A stretch of DNA of 64,000 nt from Octopus sinensis (taxonomy: Eukaryota): assembly GCF_006345805.1 (NCBI RefSeq), contig NC_043003.1, positions 7,068,001-7,132,000 of the forward strand, written 5' to 3'. Below the pieces are notes generated by a model. It was not told where the DNA came from. It saw only the letters and a program-made list of their open reading frames with translations, and searched no databases. The position numbers and the translations under genes were made by a program. Positions 46,201-59,300 of the stretch are shown here, in pieces (the stretch's first letter is position 1; every line of letters begins with the position of its first letter).

Positions 46201-49200
46201 GTATATTGTCTTTTCTTTATAAATTAAATAACACTCGTTAATAAATTGCACCTCCCCTACAATATTTTGGCGAAGTTAAAATTAATCCCCTCCCCTCTGG
46301 TTTAATAGTCCTATACTGCAGTTGCTGTTGTTGCCCAGCAGCAGGTCAGCTCTGAGGTGACCGGTTGTTGACCAGACGTTCACCAACTTAGAGTTGGATA
46401 CCTTTGGAGCAAATTGCAAGATTTTTGCCCTTCTTTACAATAAACCATTTTGTTCCCTTTTAACTATTATTACCACGAAAAATGTTGGTTCTAAAGCATT
46501 CTGTCTTAATTTGGTACTTAATCTTGGCCAGTTGTGGTCAACCTGTGGCCCAAGGGACTTTAAACATGACCATGAATTTTTTTAATAGTGTGGTCCATGC
46601 CTCATGTGGTCCACTTCTCAAAAAAGGTTGCCAATACCTGATCTAGATTCCTCACACTACTTAGAAATTCTAATTTGGTAAAGTAGTTTTTGGAGGTATT
46701 TTGTTTTAAAAAAAAATTGTTCTTGTTTTAAGTTAGCCATTTGTATAGATCCAGAGACAAACCAGGGCAAGATATTCAGTGCCAATGTAGGTCGCAGGCT
46801 GAGGAATGTGGGAGCACCATGATTTCAAGCGCAAGTAAAAGATCCCCAAAATGTTTGGTTGTTTTCCCTACATACCTTTCTTTGTATCAGAGCAACCCTA
46901 ACCCATGTTGGCATGGGTTGGATGGTTTAACAGAAGCCAGCAGTGAAGTGGAAGGGGGGGGGGCTTTTCCCATTAGGATACTGTTAAATGGAGCCATAGT
47001 TGCTCTGAAGAGGAGGAAAGAAAAGATGATTCTTCCAAGTTGGTGGAACCAGAAGGATGATTGGCTTTTGTTTCTGACATGCTCTCCTTTTGTGTTCAAC
47101 CCACATTGCAGCTCTTCAGACGTTGGTCCTAGTTTCAATTCTCTGGTCCATGTTTCAAATCCCATTGCTCCAGATTTCACTTCTGAAAATTATGGTAAGC
47201 CTTTTGGTAGCAGTGACGCTCATATACATGCATACATGTTGCATAACAAAAATTTCACAAGTGGAGTCAGTTTTGCAAAAATTATTTCTGACAACAAAAA
47301 TTTTGAAGTAGTTTATGGCAGAATGATATCACTAAGCATTGTCACCTTGTTTCAGAGCAGGTAATGAGAAAGCGAGTCTATCTTTTGCTTCACAAGCGAG
47401 TGAAGGATTTCTCTAAGATTTCTTAACCCTTTCATTACCAACCCAGCTAATACTGGCTCTGGCTCTGTGTACAAATCTCTTGTTTTCAAAAGTTCTGAAT
47501 TAAAATCTTCCAACAAACCTTAGTCACAATTTATGTTCCTATCACTAGCTGAATGATAACTTAAGTTATTTTACTAAATTCTTTGTTACATTTAAAATTA
47601 ATTGAAAAAAACGCAGAACATCTCAAAATAACTACAGTAACAAAAGGGTTAAGGTGAAGCCTTCACCCATGAAGAACATTCAGCCTGGCTTTTAGGACTG
47701 AGGTCAGAGGACAACATCAGGTGTAGATAGTGCATGAAACATGCTCATTGTCTCATACCTCAGTAATTGGGTCAGTGTAACAGATGAGTGACTGTAACTT
47801 GTATTGACAATGGCATTGACTCCTAGCTTGCTGTGTCACGCTTGTAATACAAGATGGTTGGGTGGTAAGTACCGCGATGGTGTAACTGGAGAGGGGTTAG
47901 TATGGTCTTGCAGTTTTGTATGACTTCTTAAAATCATAGAGCTAATCTGGCAGTGCAGAGTAGAAATCCCAGCTGTTATATTTGTTGTAAACAGGGGCCA
48001 CTTGAAAGCTTCCTGCTTTGAGGAGTTGGAAAATAAAGAGAAGGGCAAAGTACCCAACAGTAGGCTATGGACTGTTTTCCAATGGCACTGGCAGAAATTC
48101 CGGGCTGGTGCCTGGCATACTAGAAGACCACTGGGTGTGAAGCACACTTTAGCTTTTGTTAAAGCATGTCTCTAGGAGGAGGTTGCTCTGATACAAAGAA
48201 AGGTATGTAGGGGATGCAACCGAACATTTTGGGGATCTTTTACTTGCGCTTGAGATCATGGTGCTCCCACATTACTCAGTCTACGGCCTACACTGGTACT
48301 GAATATCTTGCCCTGGTTTGTCTCTGGATCATCTCAGTAGGGTGGAGAGGGTCTGTGAGGTGCTGTGCAAGTGTTGTTGGATCTAAACGTTTAGGTTGTG
48401 CAATTGCCAGTGAGGTGACTATCAGATGCCCAGTCGAGCAGGAGGGTGCTGTGGTGAGCATGGAATCTGGTCTTCCTCAATCATGAGTGGACAGCTATCA
48501 TCATCACGTGGGTGCACTTGTATGTCATGTTCTGTTGAGATTTGTAAACTCTACATCACTGACTGCTAACTGCATGTCTTCAATTTTAAAAAACACTGAA
48601 ATATTTTTAAATATATGTGTAGATATCTTTACATAAGTTGATACATATTTCATTAAATACACGACTGTGTTCAAGTTTTATCTTTTTTTTTATATCTTAT
48701 ATTTTCTTATCTTTTTACACTTGGTTTGGAATTGTTTCTAAATCCATATCTGATGTTTCTCCACCTTCACAGTCTCATTATCAAGAATTTGGTGTTTTGG
48801 TGTTTGTATTGTTTTTTTTTATATACTGATTGAATTTGTGTAGACTTTCTCGCTAAAGGTTTATTGAGCCTTAGCACCCACATGTTGATATGTTTTGTCA
48901 CGGTCAGATTTTGAGCATGAAGTAATTTTAAAAAATTCTTTTAAATTTTTATTTATAAATAATTTTTTTAATGTTAAATTTTTGATGTCCTTGTGTGTTA
49001 ATGTTGGCATTGTATTGCAAATAACAGGTGAAATAAACATCGGAGATGCTTTGCCCATACTGTAGCTGCAGGAGCTACTCAGAGCTTTGCAAGCCCTTCT
49101 AAATCCATAGCAATGCTGGAAGCTTTTCTGTGCTGTTGGCATTTTAATGTCCACTTTTCCATGTTTGCATGGGTCAGATGGAATTTGTTGTAGCAGATTT

Positions 49201-52200
49201 TCTTTAACGAGATGATGTCCTTCCTGTCACAAACCCTCACCTATTTTCAAGCAAAGGTAATATTTCCTTATGGCCCATCTGGAAACAAATGACATTGCTT
49301 GTATGATTGTGATGCTCATTCACAACTAACACACACACACAGGCTTCGTTCAGTTTCCATCTAGCAAATCCCCTTGCAAGGCTTTGGTCAGCTTGGGTCT
49401 ATTGTTGCAGACACTTACCCAAAGTACTGTGCAGTAGGATTGAACTTGAGATCCACACAACCACAACTGCACCTGTGTATGTTTATACATGTGCTATATA
49501 TTTTCAGTGTTCTGATTCACAGACTATATATATACATTTTGACATTTGGCATTATCTATAAGGTAATTAATAAATTATCCACTTGAATCTGATTCTCTGT
49601 ATTGATTGATAACTTTAGTAAGATTAAGCACACAGTAGCAATACAGTAGTCAATAGATAAGGTAGCAGTAATTAGAAATAAAACATTTAATCATTATATA
49701 TTATTGCTCATTGTGAGCATGTCACATAGAATATTATACACACATATGTATACATGATGGATAAAAATTGTTTTAATATACTTGAAAGTTTAATATCACT
49801 TCAAGAGTTGTTAAAAACAATGATGACTGTAAAAATATTAGCAAATACAGACATGCATGTGTAATCGTTAATGTTTTAATATGCCTTTTCATTAGGTTAT
49901 TATTTTGAAACATGTTTTCCATGTTTCAACATGTGTGTTTATTCTAAGATGAGAGTAACTCATCCTATAGTAAAGGATTTGGTAAAAATCAATATTGTGT
50001 ATTCAGAGCATGCAGTGGGTATTAAAATCACCAAATAAACCCTGTCAAATTAAGGAGGAGACAAGGATTTAACCCTTTCATTACTAACCCGGCTTGTTTT
50101 CATAAGTTTTGAATTATAATCCCCCACCAAACCTTAGTCACAATTTATGTTCCTAACACTAGCTTAATGATAATTAAGTTATTTTACTAAATTCTTTGTC
50201 ATATTTAAAGTAATTGAAAGGAACACAGAGCATCTCAAAATAAATACGGTAACGAAAGGGTTAAATGAATGGTTGTTAGCAACGATTCGAGTGAGGTCGT
50301 TGCCAGTGCCACTGGACTGGCTCCTGTGCAGGTGGCACGTAAAAAACACCATTTGAGCATGGCTGTTGCTAGTACTGCCTGACTGGTCCTCGTGCCGGGG
50401 GCACGTAAAAGGCATCCACTACACTCTCGGAGTGGTTGGCATTAGGAAGGGCATCCGGCTGTATAAACTCTGCCAGAATGAGATTGGAGCATGGTGCAGC
50501 CTTCTGGCTTGCCAATCCTCAGTCAAACCGTCCAACCCGCATGGAAAGCGGACGTTAAACGATGATGATGATGATTCATGGAATAAACTTAATACACTTC
50601 TAAAGATTTCTTACTAGAAGTGATTACATTGTCATCAATCATTTAATGTCCATGTTCTGTGCTGACAGGGGTTGAACTGTTTGACAGGATCTGGGGCTAA
50701 TGCAGTTTTGCAACTCTCCTTGAAAAATACATTTAAAAAAAAAATTTTGTTCGGCTTCCTACATTTTAGATATCGGAGATTATAAATATGCAAACAAAAA
50801 AGATTAAACAAAAAATTCACCCCTACCGCTTCCCTCCCACCCCCATCTAAATTTTTGATTTTGTTTACTATAAAGAGATCGTAGCAAATTGATGAACTTA
50901 TGCAAATCGAAATTAAATCCAGACAAAAACATTAATGTGAAAAGAATTTACATTTTACTTGTGTTTTTCCTTAAATAATCGTAAATAATAATTGAATGTA
51001 AATTAAATATACACCATTTTATGAGAAACAAGCATCAATTTTGTTTTTTTGATTTTGCATAATCGTAATCTCTGACATCTAAAACACAGGAATCCGAAAA
51101 AATGCATTTTTCAAAGAGAGGTGCAAAACTGTATTAGCCTCCAGGATCCAATGGACCGAAGGGCTACTTTAGCATGGTTTCTATGGCAGGATGCCCTTCC
51201 TAACATCAACCACTTCACAGAGTGTACCAGCACTAGTGAGGTCACCTTGCAGCTTGTAAGACGTACTCTGAGGGGAGGTGGAAAATTTATGCTTGGAGAA
51301 TGAGGAGTAGACAAGGGTAGTAGGAGCGAAAGAGGGCCAGAGCAGAACAGTACATGACCACCCACATTTTCGAAGAGAGGGCGGCACTGAAAAGCAATAA
51401 AAAAAATGGGAAAAAACAGTTACAGGTTCAGTCCCACTGTGTGCTACCTTGCATAAATGTCTTCTGTAGCTCCAAGCCAATCAAAGCCTTCTATGAATTT
51501 TATGGTAAACAGAAACTCTGGGGAAGTTCATTGTGTAGGCATGTATGTGTGTATGTGTATATACATGTGTGTGTGTATCAAAAGAGTTTGATTCAAATTC
51601 GTTGGTACTCCGAGTTTCAAGCTGTTTTGATCCATACATGTGACTCCCAATAAATATGTCGAGTGCCCTTCTTTTGTTTGTCCACTCATTTGTTAAACTA
51701 ATACACCTGCTTGTTGTTCCTTGTCTTTTCTTTGTAAATTTGAACTATATATATATAATAATATGAGGGAATATTATTCCAAACTTACAGGGAAAAATTC
51801 AATTTAGAAATACTAAATCAAATTTCACAAAATATAATATATATATATATAAATTAGAATAAAAACCACCTTTTATCAATTCAATAATGAAAAATTAAAT
51901 TATACCATTTAGAAAAATCACATATTATAAAAAGATTAAATATAAGATAAAACATATAACAATGATCAAATAATGTGCAAAATAATAAATAAAATGTATA
52001 TATTTGGTAATGTTTTATTTATTATTTTGCACATTACTTAATCATCGTTATGTTTTATCTTATATTTAATCTTTCTATAATATGTAATTTTCTAGATGGT
52101 ATAATTTAATTTTTCATTATTGAATTGATAAAAGGTGGTTATATACATGTGTGTGTCTCCTTATCTTGTCATTGCACAGTTGTAAGTGATTGTCAGTCTT

Positions 52201-55200
52201 ATAAGCAGTGTCATTCATTTGCAATATTCTGCAAAAACATGTCTGGCCATAAGGATACATTATTTTGTTAGAGGAAGGGCATTTGGCCATAGAAAATCTC
52301 TGTCAAATAAAGTCTGACTCATGCAGGCATGAGAAATTCAACATTGAAATGATGATGAACTGTGTGGTTATCTGCTTTTTCAATGATTTTAAATGTGATT
52401 TCTTTCAAAGCTGGTATGTAGATAGGGAAACCTCCAGGCCACTTGGATTGCTTGCTAAAGCAGGACCTTATATACATAAACTGTAAGCTTTGAGCTCTTG
52501 GCAATATGTTTGCTTATTATGCAGCTTAAGCTCAGGGTGTGTATTTTATGTGTATTTTAGAAACACCTCACAAAGAAATATTTACTGATAAGCATATTTT
52601 AAAATTCTGAATCTTTCTTCTTCTTGCAGGAAATTTCACTTCACCTCGTGACCTTAATCTGATTATTGCCAAAAATAACCGCATGGAGATATATGTTGTC
52701 ACTCCTGAAGGTTTGCGTCCAGTCAAAGAAGTTGGTATTTATGGTCGGATAGCTGTTTTGGAGCTTTTCCGTCCACCAGTAAGTAACAGTCCTTCACATT
52801 TTACTTTTGTTTCATTGAACTTTGAATTTCATTTATTTATAGATAGGTATTGCTGTATATTTAAGGAGTTTGCATCTGAAGCCTATGGATTTGGCTACAG
52901 TACCACCTGCATAGCATCATGGGCTAGTGTCTTCTACTGTATATAGTTCTGGGTTAACCAAAGCCCTGTGAATGGTTATGGTAGACAGAAACTGAAAGAA
53001 GCCCATTGTGTTTGTGTGCATTTATAGGGTGGCCCCAAAGTAGGTTTACAGGTATTCAACTCTCTTTTGCATTCATTTATCAACAGTTTAGATCTTAATT
53101 ATGAAACCATTATTCTTTGCTAATTTAGTTAATTGTAAGATAGAAATTTAAATGTAATAAAATGTTTTAAAAAGAAATTTAATGGTGCCTATGTGATAAC
53201 TGTAAAGCTACTTTTGGGCCACCCTGTATATGTGTGTGTTAGTGTCTCCTTGCCTTGACACCATGTGATAGTTGTAAATGTGTGTCACTGTCATACAAGA
53301 GGTGTTGTTCAATTCCAATCTTCCTTGAAACCATGTCTGGTTTTAGTGAAATATTACCTACTTGGAAACAGGTGAAGGTTGGCAACAGTACGGGCATCTG
53401 GCCATACAAAATCCACCTCAACAAATTCAGTCTGACCCATGCAAACATAGAAAAGTGGTTGTTAAAACTAAGATGATATTATTGTGAGTTTGCGTAGTTT
53501 ATAGATTCCAATGACATTGCCCTGCTGTGCAGGTGGGGGCAGAGGAATTTACAATGTGTGCTAGTATCCTTGAAATTTTGTAATTCTATTTAATTATCTT
53601 TCCATTGTTGTGAAAATAAATTTGTCCTTTGTTTTCCAGGGTGAAGAGAAAGACTTCATGTTCCTGCTGACATCACGCTACAGTGCTATGATCTTGGAAT
53701 GTCAGCAGGAAGGGGACAACATTGACATCATAACCAAGGCTCTTGGATCAGTGCAGGTGAGACATATATTCTACATATATAAATGGCAAAATGTCTGTCT
53801 GCATGTGTGTGTGTGTGTGTGTGTGTATATGTCCTTTATACAAATCCACAATTTTTCAGTTAGAGGGCTTGCACTTTCTATGGTCATTCAAAACCGTCCA
53901 AGGGTGGTTGTGCACATCTTTACATTTCCTCAGTCACTCTGCAAAGCCATTAAAATATCAATAGAAGTGACTTTTTTGTGAATTTTCTATCCAAAACCCA
54001 ATCAAAATGCCCGAAACTTGATACGCCAATCGAATGCCAGCTAGCTGTATGTGATTGGTCGGAGATTTGGACAGTACTCGTGTGTATGTGCGCATGCAGC
54101 TGTATATGCATGCACTAGCACTATGACCCGGCGTTGCTGGATCATACTGCTAGTATATATATATTCTTATGACTGGTTCTGTATTGTCAAAGGAAATAAA
54201 ACAGTCACTGTAAAAATTTTGTCTCCCCCCCCCCCAAACATATACATGCAGTTACACATTTCTACATGAAATGTATTTATGAGGATGAAGAGATGTGAAG
54301 TTGTGACAGTCATACCTTTCCCATTGATGTAAAGGATGTATTTGTGTGTGGGAGATAGTGTGGCATTGTGCTAATCTACTGTTGTTTGTCAAACATTGCA
54401 GTGCTCTGCTGTTGTTTGTCAAACATTTTAGTTCCCTACTGTTGTTTGTCAAACATTTTAGAGCTCTGCTGTTTGTCAAACATGCAGTGTCCTAGTGCTG
54501 TTTGTCAAAGTGCTCCAGTCAGACATTGCTTATGTACTATTTGATATGGAGTTGCACAGACCATTCACTATAAGCCATTGAAAATGTTTGATTGGTTAGT
54601 CCTCTGCCATGGCTATTGGATTAACGTTGTGACTATTCAAAATTACATCAGTGTCTGAAAGTGAAACTGTCAGTCTAACTCTAGTTGGTTGTCTTTTGGT
54701 TTCCCATGAAATGTGTTAGAATCAGGCAGTCTTTTATTCGATTTGTTGTGTTTCTGTTTCAGGATAGAGTCGGTCGCCCATCAGAGACTGGAATCATTGG
54801 AATTATTGATCCACTTTGTCAGGTGATAGCTTTAAGACTTTATGATGGCCTTTTGAAGGTCATCCCACTGGACAAAGACAGAGAACTGAAAGCTTTTAAT
54901 ATACGGTGATTATTCTTTGATCTTTCATCTATCAATACATTTCTGTTGTCTTATTTGAATTGTCTTTTGTCGATCGCATCTCATTGTTAAAGCAAAGACT
55001 GTGTTTGTGGACTTCTAGTTTTAAGCTCATGGTATTTCAAGATATAGTCTTTCATTCTTTTTACTTGTTTCAGTCATTAGACTGCAACCATACTGGAGCA
55101 CCACCTTTCAGTCGAACAAATCGACCCCAGGTCTTATTCTTTGTAAGCCTAGTGCTTATTCTATCAGCGTCTTTTGCCGAATCACTAAGTTATGGGGATG

Positions 55201-56290
55201 TAAACACACCAACATCGGTTGACAAGTGATGGTGGGAGGACACACACACACACACATGCTGGGCTTCTTTCAGTTTCCGTCTGCCAAATCCACTCACAAA
55301 ACTTTGGTCAGCCTGAGTATATAGTAGGAGACACTTATCCAAGGTGCCATGCAGTGGGACTGAACCTGGAGCCATGTGGTTGGGAAGCAAGCTTCTTACC
55401 ACACAGCCACTCATGCACTTCACGAATTTGCATGTCAAGTTCTATTTTTACAATGTTTCAGTCATTTGACTGTGGCCATGCTAGAGCACTCTCTTGTAGG
55501 GTTCAGTCAGACAAATCAACCCCTGAATTTATTTTTAAGTTTGGTTCTTATTCTATTGGTCTCTTTTGCTGAACCGCTAGAGTACTGGGATGTAAGCAAA
55601 GAAAACTGATACTGAGGGGGTTAGTCTTACACCTACTGCTGGCGACTTCAGTGGTTGTGGTGTGACAAAGTGACACCACATTTTGAGACCTAACCAATCT
55701 TCTCCTTCCCCCTTCATCATCACCCCTCGCTTGTAACCTCACCCCCACCCCTATCCTTCCCATCCTTTACACCCCCTCCCACATACCCCACCCACAGCCC
55801 ACCCTTACTTTCCCCACTCTCGCACTCCCACACTCCCAACACAGTCACATCACACCACACATCACAACACCATACACCACCATACCACAAAACACATCAC
55901 ATCACACCACCATGCACACACTAGCACAGACCACTTCCCAGCCCCACATCCACACACCTACACATACACACATGCACATGTCAGGGTCACCAGTCCTCTT
56001 CCACACACATACATACTCTCTTATACACATACGCGCGTGCACCTTCGTTTTGGGGTCACCACTACTTTATTATCTCCCCTTCCTAGCTCTCCTGTGTGAC
56101 CCCTCTGTCTGGCATTTGCCATGATAGATCGCTAGCCACTACATCTTTATTTTCTCTCCTTGTTTCTTTCTGTGGAAGAGCATAGGCTTGAAACGTTAGA
56201 GACTTTTTCACTTCCCAAGCATTAAACTAATACATCTGTCTGTTGTCTACACCACCTGTTTTTGTCTTTTGCTTTTTTGGTGAATTCTCC

Positions 56291-56348
<58 letters not shown>

Positions 56349-59300
56349 TCATCTGTAACAAAGTTGTTATGCTGATTTGGCTCTTAATTTTTAAAATTCT
56401 GCTTTATTTTCAGCTTAGAAGAACTGACTGTGATAGACATACAGTTCTTACATGGCTGCCAGGTCCCTACTATTATTCTTATTTACCAGGTAAGCTTCTT
56501 GGTGTTTGTTGTTAATGTTTGTTATCATTATTATATTCCCCATTGTCATCATCATTTAATTCCTGTTTTCCATGCTGGCATGAATTGGACAGTTCAAGAG
56601 TAAGTGGCAAACTTGAGGACTGCACCAAGCTCCAGTGTCTGCCTTGGCATAGTTTCTGTGGTTAGATTCCTTTCTTAATGCCAACCACTTTACAGAGTGT
56701 GCAGAGTGCTTTCTATGTGACACTGGTATCAGTGAAGTCATCAAGTAACTTGATCCTTAATTGAGAGGGGGGAGTAGTATTGAGGGTGGTGGCAGCTTTC
56801 TGCCAGAGACGAGTGATTAAAATATGATAGAGAGAGACAAGAGTAGGTGTCTTGGTGTAGGGAGATATGTCGTTACTCCAGTTGCGAAAGAGAGAAAATA
56901 GTGGTAAAGATGTGTCAGGGCATAACCTCAAGTTACAGGAAGGGGAATTTAAGACCAAGTGGTCCAGCCTCCCCTGGCACCTGTGCCAGTGACATGTAAA
57001 AAGCACCCACTACACTCATGGAGTGGTTGGCGTTAGGAAGGGCATCCAGCTGTAGAAACACTGCCAGATCAGACTGGAGCCTGGTGCAGCCTCCTGGCTT
57101 CCCAGACCCCGGTCGAACCGTCCAACCTGTACCTGCATGGAAATCGAACGTTAAATGATGATGATGATGGCCCAGAGGATTGGACAAGGTGACTGTTGTT
57201 GCAGGACAACTTTATGTTGGGAGATAAGGGGTTAAAATATGAGAGAAAGAGGTGGGGGCAAAACTGGTTCTTGTTGTATAGGAGCCAGGCATTGTGTATT
57301 TTGTCTTGGGTTTACTAATATGGATATACAAATGGCAAGAATGTTGTAAACAGTAATTGGTACCTCAAATGGAATCCTGTGTGGCCCACACCAGCAAAGA
57401 TGCACAGGTGTTAAAATAGTGATGGTGAAGATAAAAATAAATCCAATTTAGCATACATTTGATTGTTTGTGATTTTCTGATGTTTTTTTGTAGGACCAAC
57501 ATGGGAGGCATGTAAAAACTTATCAGATTGGCCTTCAAGAGAAAGAATTTCAGAAAGGACCATGGAAGCAAGACAATGTAGAAACAGAAGCCTGTATGGT
57601 TATTGCAAGTGAGTATTTATGTATAAAGCGGTAGAGATAAAATGGATTTTTTGAGGGAAGGTGTTGAATAACTTTGTTGGTGGCTGTGAGCTCATATATT
57701 GTTCATAAGATATTTATGTCATAGTTTATGAAAAATGAGAAAGTTATATGGGAAAAATTAGGTTTCATCTGTTGAATACTATTGTAACTGTATGGTACAG
57801 TACAGGATCCACCTTAGTGTCAATCTGTGAAAGGGACACAGTCTAGAAATTGCTATCAACTAGCCTCCTTACCTGTGTGGGTGGGTTGCTCATATCTGTT
57901 TTGTGTCCTAAATTTTAGCCTGATTTAATATATTGCATTATATTTTTGTCCTACTCAATGTTTAATATTTAAATGTATACCCTTACGTTTTGCAACCCAT
58001 TTTTGTGTGATAGACCTATATTTACATATAGGTCCTTTTGGCCAAAAGCTATAATTTAAAAAACCGTTTTTTTTCTTACAGTCCCTGAACCATTTTGTGG
58101 AGCATTGATTATTGGACAAGAGTCAATCACATATCACAAAGGAGACAATTTTATTCCCATTGCACCACCAGCAATAAAAGTGAGTGTGTACGTATGTAGA
58201 CGTTGTGAACGCAGGAGGTTTATGTCTATGTATTGTGAGAATATGGTTGCGTGTATTTTTTATCTTTTCCTTTCTACCTATTAGAGTAACTTCCCTTTTA
58301 TTGGACGGTTTTTCTTTTCATAATGTCTTGCCAATAATAGCTGATGAGAATGTATCGTAACTCTTAGCTCCGACATTCGAAACTCCGAGTACTATAATTA
58401 CAACCTTTTACTGTTCTAAATTACAACATTTATAAATAATCTTCTATTTCTAATATCGAGGTCTTGTTCTTTTGTTGTTACTTTTTATTATCATTATATA
58501 TTTATTTTTTAATTCTGACATTTTATTATTATAACTGTAAGTGGTATAAAGTACCACACTTAACCCTTTAGTGTTTAAACCGACTGTATCCGGCCCAAAT
58601 ATTTTACACATTTTATGCATCTCACACCTACCCTACAATATCATTCTAAAAATAAGCAATTACATCTTTCCTATCTTTAACCAATAAAATAATATCAGAT
58701 AATTTTTTTTAAATGTGAATGAATAAGGATTACTTTTGACCAATTAATCTGAACACTAAAGGGTTAAACTATATAGTAACCAGGCAATTAAGAATTTTAA
58801 CCTGTTAATTAATCTGTTTTAAAGAAGCTAAACCTTGAAGTTTAGATGAGTGTTATATTCCTGTTACTATAAGGAAATGAATTATTTTTTTATGCGTAAT
58901 AACTGTTTTTCTTTTAATGTCACAGCAAAGCCCTTTAACATGCTATGGTAAAGTGGATGGATCCCGCTACCTGCTTGGTGATATGGCCGGAAGACTTTTC
59001 ATGCTGTTTCTTGAAAAAGAGGAGAAAATGGATGGCACAGTTGTAGTAAAAGATTTAAAAGTAGAACTCCTGGGTGAGGTAAGTTGCATAAAACTCTGGA
59101 TTGTTTTTCTTAAATTGGTGAGCTGGCAGTTCTGTTAGCATGCTGGACAAAATGCTTTGTGGCATTCCTTCCAGCTTTACATTCTGAGTTCAAATCCCAC
59201 TGAGGTTAACTTTGCTTTTTATTCTTTCTGGGTCAATAAAATAAATACCTGTTCAGTACTGGGATTGATGTGATTAACCCCCCACCCCTCCCCCCAAATT

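Noticed and set aside
46741-47364. 207-aa ORF in DDB1 intron 1
   Set aside because: Runs across an inverted duplication and a repeat fragment; TTG start, no recognisable domain.
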